NCBI GenBank assembly: GCA_020859645.1
Contig: JAJBVU010000272.1
Location: forward strand, 1-38,206
Reading direction: 5' to 3'
Length of the DNA stretch: 38,206 nucleotides
Origin: Eubacterium sp.
GTDB lineage: Bacteria; Bacillota; Clostridia; Lachnospirales; CAG-274
The notes under the pieces are model-generated. The model saw only the letters and a list, made by a program, of their open reading frames with translations, was not told the origin of the DNA and did no database searches. A program made the translations under genes and the position numbers. Of this stretch, positions 10,061 to 17,955 are shown piece by piece; position 1 is the first letter of the stretch, and each line of letters starts with the position of its first letter.

Positions 10061-11542
10061 TTAGTGTTTCATTTTGTTTAAAACAATTTTCAATTCGTCT
10101 TTAACCTCTCCGCTTAAAATTAAAGAGGCAAAATATATAATCATACCTGCAATAACAAGACCTGCCAAGGTCAGTACATTTGTCGGCAGGAAGTGTTTTA
10201 ACACCGTCAAAACAACAAGCATTAAAACGCCGCTGCCTATAATTCTGAAATAGGTCTTAAGGGGCAGGTGAAATTTCAAAAGCTTTCTCGTGCCGTAACG
10301 GGCAAGGAGGAAGTATACAAAGAAGCCGAAAAATGTGGAAACTGCGGCGGTAATTATGCCGAACTTAGGCACGAAAATCAGGTTTATAACAACATTTACC
10401 ACGCCGCCTATAAGGCTTCTGTAGAATATCTGTTTTGTCAGTGAGTTAAGCTCCCAGCCCTTTATGCAGTATTCCGTAACCGCTAAGAAAAGCATACCCA
10501 GAGCCACAGGCCCCATTATTATATGCCCTCTTAAATATTCGGGGGCAAACAGTGTTCCGCTTATAACGTCGGATAAGGCGAAAACACCGCAGACCGCCGG
10601 GACGCCCAAAAGCAGATACATTCTGACCGCTTCGTTTACAAGCTCCGCCACCTGTTTCTTTTTGCCTTCAGACCATGACCGCAGAATTGTGGGGTAGCTG
10701 CCCCTTATAACCGCTGCCGAAAGCATTGTGAAAGCCGCTGACACAAGTGAATAGTTTGTGGTGTAAATACCGGCTTCCGCCTTTCCGCTGAAGAAGGTAA
10801 TTATATAAACATCGGACTTGTTAAGTATCTGCGTTGTAATCAAATTTCCCATAAGGGGAAAGCCGTAGGCAAATAAATCTGCAAAAACCGCCCTGTCAAA
10901 GCTCGAACGGCTTATATATTTAGCCATTTGAAGCTTATATGAGCCGAAAACCGTTGAAAACAAATCCAACAGGCAGTAGCTTATGAATATAAACTCTACT
11001 TTTCCGCCCCACAGCCTTGTAAACAGCAGCAGTAGCAGAAGCTTTCCGCAAATGTTCACTACGGAAAGAAAAAGATTTGTTTTTGCCCGTCTCACTGCCG
11101 CCAGCATAGCTATTACAAGCTGTGCGGAGCTGTAGGTTATAAACATAAAGCCGGCTGAAACAAGAACGGGCATAGGATAGCTTTCCAAAAACGCCGCTCC
11201 CGAATTTTTAATAAATATAAGGAAAACCGCCGCCAAAAAAATTATTGCAAGGTTGACCCTTATCCAAGAGAAAAACGCCGTAGAATAAAACTCCTTAAGT
11301 CTGCCGGATATTTCATATTTATTGATATAACGCATAACGGACTGAACGAGCCACTGACAGGCAAACATAGCCGCCGTCGTAACGGCTATATTAACCGTTG
11401 AATATACGCCCATAAGCTCCGGGGCATATATCCTCGACATTGCCGAGACTGTCAAAACCCCGACTATGCCCTCACAGCCCTTGGCAAGCATATATATAAT
11501 TGTGTCCTTCGCCATAGCGCTTTTGCCTTTAGTCTGTTCCAT
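10061..11542 (-). CDS. Wzx-type oligosaccharide flippase (MOP superfamily)
   Basis: About 12-14 TM helices. ATG at 11542 has a strong AAGGAG RBS 9 nt upstream. The track start at 11596 lies next to the -10 box with no RBS. Confidence 0.75.
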   Translation of the reverse strand: MEQTKGKSAMAKDTIIYMLAKGCEGIVGVLTVSAMSRIYAPELMGVYSTVNIAVTTAAMFACQWLVQSVMRYINKYEISGRLKEFYSTAFFSWIRVNLAIIFLAAVFLIFIKNSGAAFLESYPMPVLVSAGFMFITYSSAQLVIAMLAAVRRAKTNLFLSVVNICGKLLLLLLFTRLWGGKVEFIFISYCLLDLFSTVFGSYKLQMAKYISRSSFDRAVFADLFAYGFPLMGNLITTQILNKSDVYIITFFSGKAEAGIYTTNYSLVSAAFTMLSAAVIRGSYPTILRSWSEGKKKQVAELVNEAVRMYLLLGVPAVCGVFALSDVISGTLFAPEYLRGHIIMGPVALGMLFLAVTEYCIKGWELNSLTKQIFYRSLIGGVVNVVINLIFVPKFGIITAAVSTFFGFFVYFLLARYGTRKLLKFHLPLKTYFRIIGSGVLMLVVLTVLKHFLPTNVLTLAGLVIAGMIIYFASLILSGEVKDELKIVLNKMKH

Positions 11543-11605
11543 TGCCGAAAACTCCTTGTTTTCCGGTTTTAAGTCTTTTCCCTTAAAACCATCCATATAA
11601 AAACA

Positions 11606-11634
11606 ATTATACTATAAATCTCAAAAAAGGTCAA
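11606..11634 (-). promoter_or_regulatory. Sigma-A type promoter of the glycopolymer operon
   Basis: On the minus strand: TTGACC, 17 nt, TATAAT, about 57 nt upstream of the flippase ATG. Confidence 0.6.
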
Positions 11635-11732
11635 TTGTTTTATTGACAAACCTCTTGTTCTTTCCGAAAAATTTTTTAGTGATTATTTTTCCGCATTTTC
11701 ACAGAAATTTATCTTTATATTTTCAGAATGCC

Positions 11733-11762
11733 TTGACAGCACTTATAAAAAAATAATATAAT
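11733..11762 (+). promoter_or_regulatory. Sigma-A type promoter of the SDR gene
   Basis: TTGACA, 18 nt, TATAAT, followed by an AAGGAGGA RBS before ATG 11805. Confidence 0.55.
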
Positions 11763-11804
11763 TAAAGAAAGCTTTTTAAAAGCATTTTAAAGGAGGAAAA
11801 TACT

Positions 11805-12644
11805 ATGAATTTACCGTTTGAAATTGATTTAAAGGGACAGGTTGCCGTTGTAACAGGGGGCAGCGGAGTTATAGGCGGAATGTTCTGCAGAGCGCTGGGA
11901 AAGTGCGGTGCAAAGGTAGCCGTTTTGGGACGCAGAGCCGAAAACGGAGCTCCCGTAGTCAGCGACATTGAAGCCGAAGGCGGAGAAGCCATAGCCGTTT
12001 CGGCAAACGTTATGGACAAGGAAAGCCTTGAAAAAGCCAAAGCTGAAATTTTAGGCAAGTGGGGCAAAATAAACATACTTATAAATTGTGCCGGAGGGGC
12101 TGTTAAAAGCGCAGAAATTCCACAGGACAGCCTTTCGGAGCTTAAAGAGGGAGACTTAAGCTTTTTCACCACCGATATGGAGAATATAAAGAGAGAGCTT
12201 GACCTGAACATTTACGGAACAATGCTTCCCACACAGGTTTTCGGCGAAGCTATGCTTAACGAGGAAAACGCCAACATAGTGAATATTTCAAGTATGAGCG
12301 CATATCTGCCTCTTACGAGAATACCCGGCTATTCCGCTGCAAAAGCGTCTGTTACAAACTTTACACAGTGGGCAGCGGCTTATTTTGCCAAAAGCGGCAT
12401 TCGTGTAAACGCCATTGCTCCGGGCTTCTTCCAGACAACTCAAAACTACGCTCTTCACCATAACCCCGATGGAACCCCTACCCCAAGATGTCAAAAAATA
12501 ATCAACGGCACGCCTATGGGCAAGTTCGGCGAGCCTACTGACCTTGTAGGGGCGCTTCTGTTCTTAATCTGCCCCTCAAGCTCCTTCGTTACGGGAACAA
12601 TTCTGCCTGTTGACGGCGGCTTCAGCAGCTTCCCGGGAGTTTAA
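11805..12644 (+). CDS. SDR-family oxidoreductase
   Basis: TGGSGVIGG cofactor motif and YSAAK catalytic motif. Strong RBS. Confidence 0.8.
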   Translation: MNLPFEIDLKGQVAVVTGGSGVIGGMFCRALGKCGAKVAVLGRRAENGAPVVSDIEAEGGEAIAVSANVMDKESLEKAKAEILGKWGKINILINCAGGAVKSAEIPQDSLSELKEGDLSFFTTDMENIKRELDLNIYGTMLPTQVFGEAMLNEENANIVNISSMSAYLPLTRIPGYSAAKASVTNFTQWAAAYFAKSGIRVNAIAPGFFQTTQNYALHHNPDGTPTPRCQKIINGTPMGKFGEPTDLVGALLFLICPSSSFVTGTILPVDGGFSSFPGV

Positions 12645-12708
12645 TTATGAAAAAATGTAGCCGTTTTTTCTTATAATTTTAGTTTTTAAATCTGTTTGCA
12701 AGCAATAT

Positions 12709-12748
12709 AAAAGGCTCTGCGGAGAAAACCTCTGCAAAGCCTTTTTTA
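12709..12748. terminator. Bidirectional intrinsic terminator between convergent genes
   Basis: AAAA-GGCTCTGCGGAG-loop-CTCTGCAAAGCC-TTTTTT: a 12-bp stem with one mismatch and one G.U, with an A-run and a T-run flanking. Confidence 0.75.
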
Positions 12749-12781
12749 ATGTTAAAAATTATATCAGTCTGTAATCACAGA

Positions 12782-13981
12782 TTACATAGCTGCGTATGCG
12801 CCGTCCTTGATAACAACAGCCTTGGGAGCCTTTGAAGGTTCGCCGTCAGCTGACCATGTGATGCCCTCGCCTGTAACGCCGTCAACAGAAATTGTTGTCA
12901 TAACGCCTGTGATTGCATCGCAAAGATCTGAAACTGACATATCGGGAGTTGCATCAGCTGCTTCGAGAGCTGCCTTAAGAACATAGATACAGTCATAGCC
13001 GTCTGCTGCGAACTGTGTGGGAACTTCGCCGTAAGCTTCCTGATAAGCTGCTACGAAATTCTGTGTAAGCTCGTCCTCAGCGTCTGCTGCGAAGGGAGTA
13101 AGAAGCATTAAGCCCTCTGCAAGACTTGTGTCGAAGTTTTGAACAGTAAGGATACCGTCAAGACCGTCACAGCCGAAGAAAAGAGGTGAATAATCCATAG
13201 CCTTTGCCTGAGCAAGAACCAAAGAAGCCTCTGTATAATAGAAGGGAAGGAATACAAGCTCAGCGCCTGCGTCCTTAGCCTTCTGAAGCTGAACAGTAAA
13301 GTCTGTCTTAGAGTCAGCTGTGAAAGCTTCTGCTGCTACGATTTCAAGACCCTGGTTAGCTGCTTCTTCAGCAAACTTTTCATAGATACCCGATGAATAA
13401 ACATCTGATGAGTCATAAATAACAGCTACCTTTGAAGCAATGCCGTTTTCGCCGATATACTGAGCGGAAGCAACACCCTGGTTGGGGTCTGAGAAGCAAA
13501 TTCTGTAAGCATTGTCTGTAGCGATAGCTTCAACTGCGGAAGCTGAAGGAGTAATCTGGAACATATTGTCAGCTGATGACTCTTGAATAACTGCGATACA
13601 GGGGTTGGTTGTTACACAGCCCACAAGCATCTGCATACCCCAGTCCTTAAGGTTGTTATATGCGTTTACGCTCTTTTCGGCGTCATGCTCATCATCTTCA
13701 TACTTAAATTCAATCTGATAACCGTTGATGCCGCCTGCTGCGTTGATTTCTTCAACTGCGATTTCGGAACCTCTCTGTGCGTTGCTGCCGTAAACTGCTG
13801 CGCCGCCTGTGGTGGGTCCGATGCCGCCGATCTTAAATGTTAAACCTGAATCATCGCTTTCCGCTGTTTCTGTAGCTTCTGTGTCTGCTGTGTCGGCTTC
13901 ACTGCTTGTGTCTGAAGAACCGCAGGCTGCCATTGAAAGAGCCATAACAGCCGCAAGGCCGAGGCTTAAAAACTTTTTCAT
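12782..13981 (-). CDS. ABC transporter substrate-binding lipoprotein (LivJ/Peripla_BP_6 type)
   Basis: Lipobox LSMAACGSS after a hydrophobic signal peptide, an acidic Thr/Ser linker, then a type-I periplasmic binding fold. ATG at 13981 has a GGAGGA RBS. The track start at 14032 has none. Confidence 0.85.
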   Translation of the reverse strand: MKKFLSLGLAAVMALSMAACGSSDTSSEADTADTEATETAESDDSGLTFKIGGIGPTTGGAAVYGSNAQRGSEIAVEEINAAGGINGYQIEFKYEDDEHDAEKSVNAYNNLKDWGMQMLVGCVTTNPCIAVIQESSADNMFQITPSASAVEAIATDNAYRICFSDPNQGVASAQYIGENGIASKVAVIYDSSDVYSSGIYEKFAEEAANQGLEIVAAEAFTADSKTDFTVQLQKAKDAGAELVFLPFYYTEASLVLAQAKAMDYSPLFFGCDGLDGILTVQNFDTSLAEGLMLLTPFAADAEDELTQNFVAAYQEAYGEVPTQFAADGYDCIYVLKAALEAADATPDMSVSDLCDAITGVMTTISVDGVTGEGITWSADGEPSKAPKAVVIKDGAYAAM

Positions 13982-14039
13982 TTGAATGTTTCCTCCTTTT
14001 GGAATAAATAAACTTGTATTGCTTCTTTGCAAACATCAC

Positions 14040-14209
14040 ATACTATAAAAGTCGATTGCTGCGTGCTTCGCACTCCCACAATCGACCCTGTATTCGCACT
14101 CCGGGTTATCACCCTACGTTGCTCATACAGGTTAGGTTCTCTAATATCCAATCATCTATGCAAGCAAGCTTGCCTATCTGATTATCCATTGAGAACACTT
14201 TTATAGTAT
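14040..14209 (-). promoter_or_regulatory. Structured 5' leader with embedded intrinsic terminator (unclassified riboswitch/attenuator candidate)
   Basis: The minus-strand RNA has a 13-nt closing helix (AUACUAUAAAAGU pairing with ACUUUUAUAGUAU) around three hairpins. These are GUUCUC...GAGAAC with a CUUG-capped rod, CCUGUAU...AUACAGG, and GUCGAUUG...CAAUCGAC followed by UUUUAU. Confidence 0.55.
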
Positions 14210-14218
14210 TTTACATTT

Positions 14219-14247
14219 ATAATATACTTTTACAAACGGTTTGTCAA
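14219..14247 (-). promoter_or_regulatory. Sigma-A type promoter driving the structured leader
   Basis: Minus strand: TTGACA, 17 nt, TATTAT. The predicted start lies only a few nt before the leader's closing helix. Confidence 0.6.
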
Positions 14248-14312
14248 ACATTTTTTGATAAATCCGCTTAATTTCTGTTGCTGTTGTATCAGACAGACAA
14301 TTTTACAAATCC

Positions 14313-14348
14313 AAAACAGTCCTTTCATTTGTACGAAAAGACCGTTTT
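14313..14348. terminator. Intrinsic terminator downstream of the Rpn gene
   Basis: Minus strand: ACGGUCUUUUCGU-acaa-AUGAAAGGACUGU (13 bp including G.U pairs), then UUUUGG. An A-run on the other side makes it potentially bidirectional. Confidence 0.65.
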
Positions 14349-14363
14349 GATGTTACTTTTGTT

Positions 14364-15395
14364 TTACCCTAAAACCAGTTCCTTAACCTGATTATATTTG
14401 TCTTTCGGTGCATTTATTATATTGAAAGCATTGTCAAAATTGAATTGTCCGGTTTCCATTAATGCTTTTATAGTGGTTACGAGAGTTTCTACTATGCCTT
14501 CCGCTTTGCCTTCTGCTCTGCCTTCCGCTCTGCCTTCTGCTCTGCCCTTTATTTCTCCTCGTCTTTCTCCTCTTTTTTCAATACCGTAGCTTAAATTACA
14601 CATAGTCGTCACCTCATCTTCTATAAATTTTGTTATTGCAATATTAAAGTCATTCTTAATTATGTCTATTCTTTCACTGTGTGAAAAATCAACAGAGGTT
14701 ATTGTGTCAAGAAGCTTTATTGCTCCCTTATAGTTTTCGTCATTCCTGTCGCCCAAACAAACCATAACCACATCTAAAAGGTCATAGTCAGAAAAATTAT
14801 ACTTAGCCCTGCCTACAATGTTTTGCTCTCTCATTGAGAACCTTGTTATAGTGTTTTGCTTGTCTTTGGGAGCTTCGCTGCAAACCCAAATACTGACAAC
14901 CTTTTTAATATTTCCGTATTTGGAATTGGTAAACTCTTTATTATACTGGCTTGAAATGAGCCTTGAACAGTAATAAACCGCACGCTTTAACAGAGGATAA
15001 CCGGGATAATAATCCTGCTGGGCTTCAAGATTTATTATGAGCTTAACTGTTCCCGATAATGTGGGAGCATAGACGTAAAACAGAATGTCATATCTGACTA
15101 TTTCGTCCTCTCTGTCCATACCTTTAATTATTTCATTTTCATTTTGATGAGCAGCTTCAATTGAAATCTCAGGCTCACCCTCAATATATTTATCGGCTAT
15201 ATCATTGGGGTCGCAATCCTTAAATTCTTCCAAACAATCCTTTAAAATGTGCGCCAAGAAGATCTTGATAGCCAATGTTCTTTTGACTTGTTCGTCATAT
15301 TTTTTATTTTCATCATCTGTATAAGCGTTTTTAGCCGCTTCGGTCAGTGCTTCCATACTTAACTGATTACCTTTCAAAGCAATTTTCCAAAACAT
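14364..15395 (-). CDS. Rpn-family recombination-promoting nuclease / putative transposase (PD-(D/E)xK)
   Basis: Core DILFYV...IINLEAQQDYYPGYPLLKRAVYYCSRL matches the PD-(D/E)xK Rpn/YhgA-like pattern. The C-terminal RGERRGEIKGRAEGRAEGRAEGKAEG repeat tail is typical of this family. Confidence 0.8.
   Translation of the reverse strand: MFWKIALKGNQLSMEALTEAAKNAYTDDENKKYDEQVKRTLAIKIFLAHILKDCLEEFKDCDPNDIADKYIEGEPEISIEAAHQNENEIIKGMDREDEIVRYDILFYVYAPTLSGTVKLIINLEAQQDYYPGYPLLKRAVYYCSRLISSQYNKEFTNSKYGNIKKVVSIWVCSEAPKDKQNTITRFSMREQNIVGRAKYNFSDYDLLDVVMVCLGDRNDENYKGAIKLLDTITSVDFSHSERIDIIKNDFNIAITKFIEDEVTTMCNLSYGIEKRGERRGEIKGRAEGRAEGRAEGKAEGIVETLVTTIKALMETGQFNFDNAFNIINAPKDKYNQVKELVLG
14496..14543. repeat. 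Four tandem 12-nt repeats inside the Rpn coding region
   Basis: gccttc[c/t]gct[t/c]t x4, plus a partial copy. In frame, encoding the (G)RAEG repeats. Confidence 0.9.
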
Positions 15396-15410
15396 ATCCC
15401 CTTCACTTAT

Positions 15411-15439
15411 ATTTTATTATATTGAAAAAACTATGTCAA
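15411..15439 (-). promoter_or_regulatory. Sigma-A type promoter of the Rpn gene
   Basis: Minus strand: TTGACA, 17 nt, TAAAAT, about 15 nt before the ATG region. Confidence 0.5.
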
Positions 15440-15474
15440 GAAAAAATGTTTAAAAACCGATAAATACCGAGTTT

Positions 15475-16269
15475 TTACATCCCTCTGCACACATCAATGC
15501 ACTTTCCCATAGCGTCCATAACAGCCCCTCTGAAGCCTTTTTCTTCAAGAGCCTTAACGGCGGCGATAGTTGTGCCTGCCGGTGAACAAACCATATCCTT
15601 AAGCTCTGCCGGGTGTTTGCCTGTTTCCAAAACCATTTTTGCACTGCCCAAAACAGCCTGTGCGGCAAATTCATAGGCAGCGGCTCTCGCCATTCCTCCG
15701 GCTACGGCTCCGTCAGCCATAGCTTCTATAAGCATAAATACATAAGCCGGTGAGCTGCCGCTGACGGCAACAACTGCATCCATAACGCTTTCACCGACAA
15801 CCTCCGCCTTACCGAAGCTTGAAAGTATTTTCAGTGCGTAGTCCATATCCTTATCGGTTACATACTTGTTTTTGCAGACACCTGTCATACCCTCGCCTAC
15901 AAGAGCCGGTGTATTGGGCATTGTTCTGATTATTTTAACCCTTCTTCCGAATTTTTCTTCAAGCCAGTTCAGCGTCTTTCCCGGAGCTATGGTTATAACA
16001 AGCTTATCCTCGCTGACAAAATCTTTAATTTCATCAATAACCTCGCCGTAATACTGGGGCTTTACGGAAAGAACAATAACCTCCGAAAGCTTTACACATT
16101 CCGTGTTGTCACCTGTTACAAAAACTCCGTATTTTTCCTTTGCTTTTTTCAAGCTTTCCTCGAATGAGTCCGAGGCTATAATTTCCTCGGGCTTAAAAAT
16201 TTCATTTTTTATAAGGCCGCCCATAATGGCGCCTGCCATATTTCCGCAGCCGATAAAACCTATTTTCAC
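15475..16269 (-). CDS. proC: Pyrroline-5-carboxylate reductase
   Basis: IGFIGCGNMAGAI Rossmann start, RTMPNTPALVGEG and PGGTT-like (SPAGTTIAAV) motifs. Confidence 0.9.
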   Translation of the reverse strand: MKIGFIGCGNMAGAIMGGLIKNEIFKPEEIIASDSFEESLKKAKEKYGVFVTGDNTECVKLSEVIVLSVKPQYYGEVIDEIKDFVSEDKLVITIAPGKTLNWLEEKFGRRVKIIRTMPNTPALVGEGMTGVCKNKYVTDKDMDYALKILSSFGKAEVVGESVMDAVVAVSGSSPAYVFMLIEAMADGAVAGGMARAAAYEFAAQAVLGSAKMVLETGKHPAELKDMVCSPAGTTIAAVKALEEKGFRGAVMDAMGKCIDVCRGM

Positions 16270-16275
16270 AATAAA

Positions 16276-17925
16276 TCACCTTAATCCTTTTATAAATCTG
16301 TCTCCTGCCGATATTTCGGCTTCGTTTACATTAATAAACTCTTCAAAGCTTTCACCGTCCGTTCCCTTAACCTTTGCCTCGGCATAAGGCGTAACGAGAA
16401 TGTTGCCCCTGTTTTTAAGCCTGAGACAAAGGTCAGCCCCTGCACCTATAACCCCCATTCTTTCATCAAAGCCCCCTACTGCCAAAAAATCTCTTCTCTT
16501 GACCGCCAAAAAACCGCCGCTTAAGCAGCTGACATTCGAGACAATCTTAAGCCGTCTCAAATAACCGACGCATTCTTTGGGAAGTCCCTTAAGATAGGGT
16601 TCAAGCCCCGCATCAGGGTCAAGCCTGTAACCCATAGCTCTAACTCTTCCCCGACTGTCAAGCAGCTTTCCACCGACGCAGCCTACATCCTCAAAGTCGC
16701 AAAGAGAAGCCATTTCTTCAACAAAGCCTGCCTCGGGCAAATAACTGCAGTCAAGAAAAATAATTATATCGCCTTCCGCTGCTCTTGCTCCTATATTAGC
16801 CGTCTCCGTAAAGCTGTATTCACCCTCAAAGTCAATATTTTTAACCCCGTCGAATATATTATATCCTCCTACAGACAGAATTTCAATATTACTTTCTGAC
16901 GAAAAATTCAAAATATAATTCAAATATTTTTCATATTTTTTCTCACTGCCGTAAAAACATACAACAATACTTATCTTCTTTTCCGAATCTCTTTCAAACT
17001 TAATTCTGTAAGCGGACTCCGCACCCTCAATATCAAAAATCTCACATTTTACCCCCTTCTCCTCAATATGCTTTTTTATGGCATCTTTAGCCTTCACAAG
17101 GCAATAGTCCTTAGCTTCTATTCCCGAAGCTACCGACCCTTCGCAAATCCGCCAAAAATAAAGCACATAAGGAAGGTGACTTATCCGCTGAGCCCTTCCG
17201 CTGAGCCTTAAAACCAAATCATAATCCTGGCTGCCGTCAAACTCAGACCTTAAGCCGCCGACAGCATCAAAAAGCTGTCTTTTAACCACGCACATATGCC
17301 CGATATAATTTATTCCCAAAAGTGTAAAGGCGCTGAAATCGGGCTTAACAGTTACCGCCTTTATGTTGTTTCTGTCCTCAAAAAAATTAGCCTCGTCGGA
17401 GTATAAAAAGTCTGCGCCGCTTTTCTCGATTTCCTCCGCAGCCCTAAAGAGAGCGTCCTCTCTCAAAAGGTCATCATGATCCAAAAATACTATGTAATCT
17501 CCCCGTGAGGCTCCCACACCGTGGTTTGTGTTTCCCGAAATGCCTAAATTGGCTCCCAAACGGCGATATTTAACCCTTTCGTCAGCCCTTACATACTTCA
17601 TAGCCGTCTCTTCCGCTTTAATATATGAAAGAGGACTTCCGTCAACAAGCAGAAGCTCCCACCTGCCGTAGGTCTGCCCAATAACGGATTTTATCATTTC
17701 TTCAAGATATTTTTCATCTGAGTTATAAAGAGGAACCACCACGCTGAAAAGAATATTTTTAACAAACCTTGCTTTTCTTTGAAGGCTCAGCTCTTCCTCT
17801 GTTGGCAAATTTTTTATAAAATACTCTTTGCCCCTCTTTTTATAAATCTCATACTCATATATCTTGGCAAGGGTTTTCTTTATTCCGTTTTTCCTTAAAT
17901 AATTTTTTACTCTTTTAATTATCAT
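16276..17925 (-). CDS. Two-domain GT2-family glycosyltransferase
   Basis: N-terminal GT-A domain (FSVVVPLYNS ... FLDHDD DxD motif) plus a second GT2-like domain (ISIVVCFY ... FLDCS). Confidence 0.75.
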   Translation of the reverse strand: MIIKRVKNYLRKNGIKKTLAKIYEYEIYKKRGKEYFIKNLPTEEELSLQRKARFVKNILFSVVVPLYNSDEKYLEEMIKSVIGQTYGRWELLLVDGSPLSYIKAEETAMKYVRADERVKYRRLGANLGISGNTNHGVGASRGDYIVFLDHDDLLREDALFRAAEEIEKSGADFLYSDEANFFEDRNNIKAVTVKPDFSAFTLLGINYIGHMCVVKRQLFDAVGGLRSEFDGSQDYDLVLRLSGRAQRISHLPYVLYFWRICEGSVASGIEAKDYCLVKAKDAIKKHIEEKGVKCEIFDIEGAESAYRIKFERDSEKKISIVVCFYGSEKKYEKYLNYILNFSSESNIEILSVGGYNIFDGVKNIDFEGEYSFTETANIGARAAEGDIIIFLDCSYLPEAGFVEEMASLCDFEDVGCVGGKLLDSRGRVRAMGYRLDPDAGLEPYLKGLPKECVGYLRRLKIVSNVSCLSGGFLAVKRRDFLAVGGFDERMGVIGAGADLCLRLKNRGNILVTPYAEAKVKGTDGESFEEFINVNEAEISAGDRFIKGLR

Positions 17926-17955
17926 AATATCGCCGTATGTACTTTAAAATTATTT

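Noticed and set aside
11762-12211. 149-aa minus-strand ORF (Ser/Pro/Leu-rich) opposite the SDR gene
   Set aside because: It is a low-complexity antisense frame of a well-supported SDR CDS. It would start inside the SDR promoter and RBS region.
14040-14209. T-box, TPP, SAM-I or ykkC-type riboswitch assignment for the leader
   Set aside because: There are local resemblances (GGGUGAUAACCC versus the T-box GGGUGGUACC; AACCUG...CGUAGGG versus TPP). However, the stem I platform and specifier features, the CUGAGA element, the TPP P5 hairpin, and the SAM-I and ykkC cores are all absent. The element is left unclassified.
14496-14543. Short tandem repeats as a possible CRISPR-like or regulatory array
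   Set aside because: The units are 12 nt, contiguous with no spacers, in frame, and encode the RAEG repeat tail of the Rpn protein.
14398-14589. 63-aa plus-strand ORF with SALPSALPSALP repeats
   Set aside because: It is an antisense reading of the Rpn repeat region, and the repeat periodicity alone keeps the frame open.
15450-15674. 74-aa minus-strand ORF overlapping the 3' end of proC in another frame
   Set aside because: It lies fully within or next to the well-supported proC CDS and has no independent signals.
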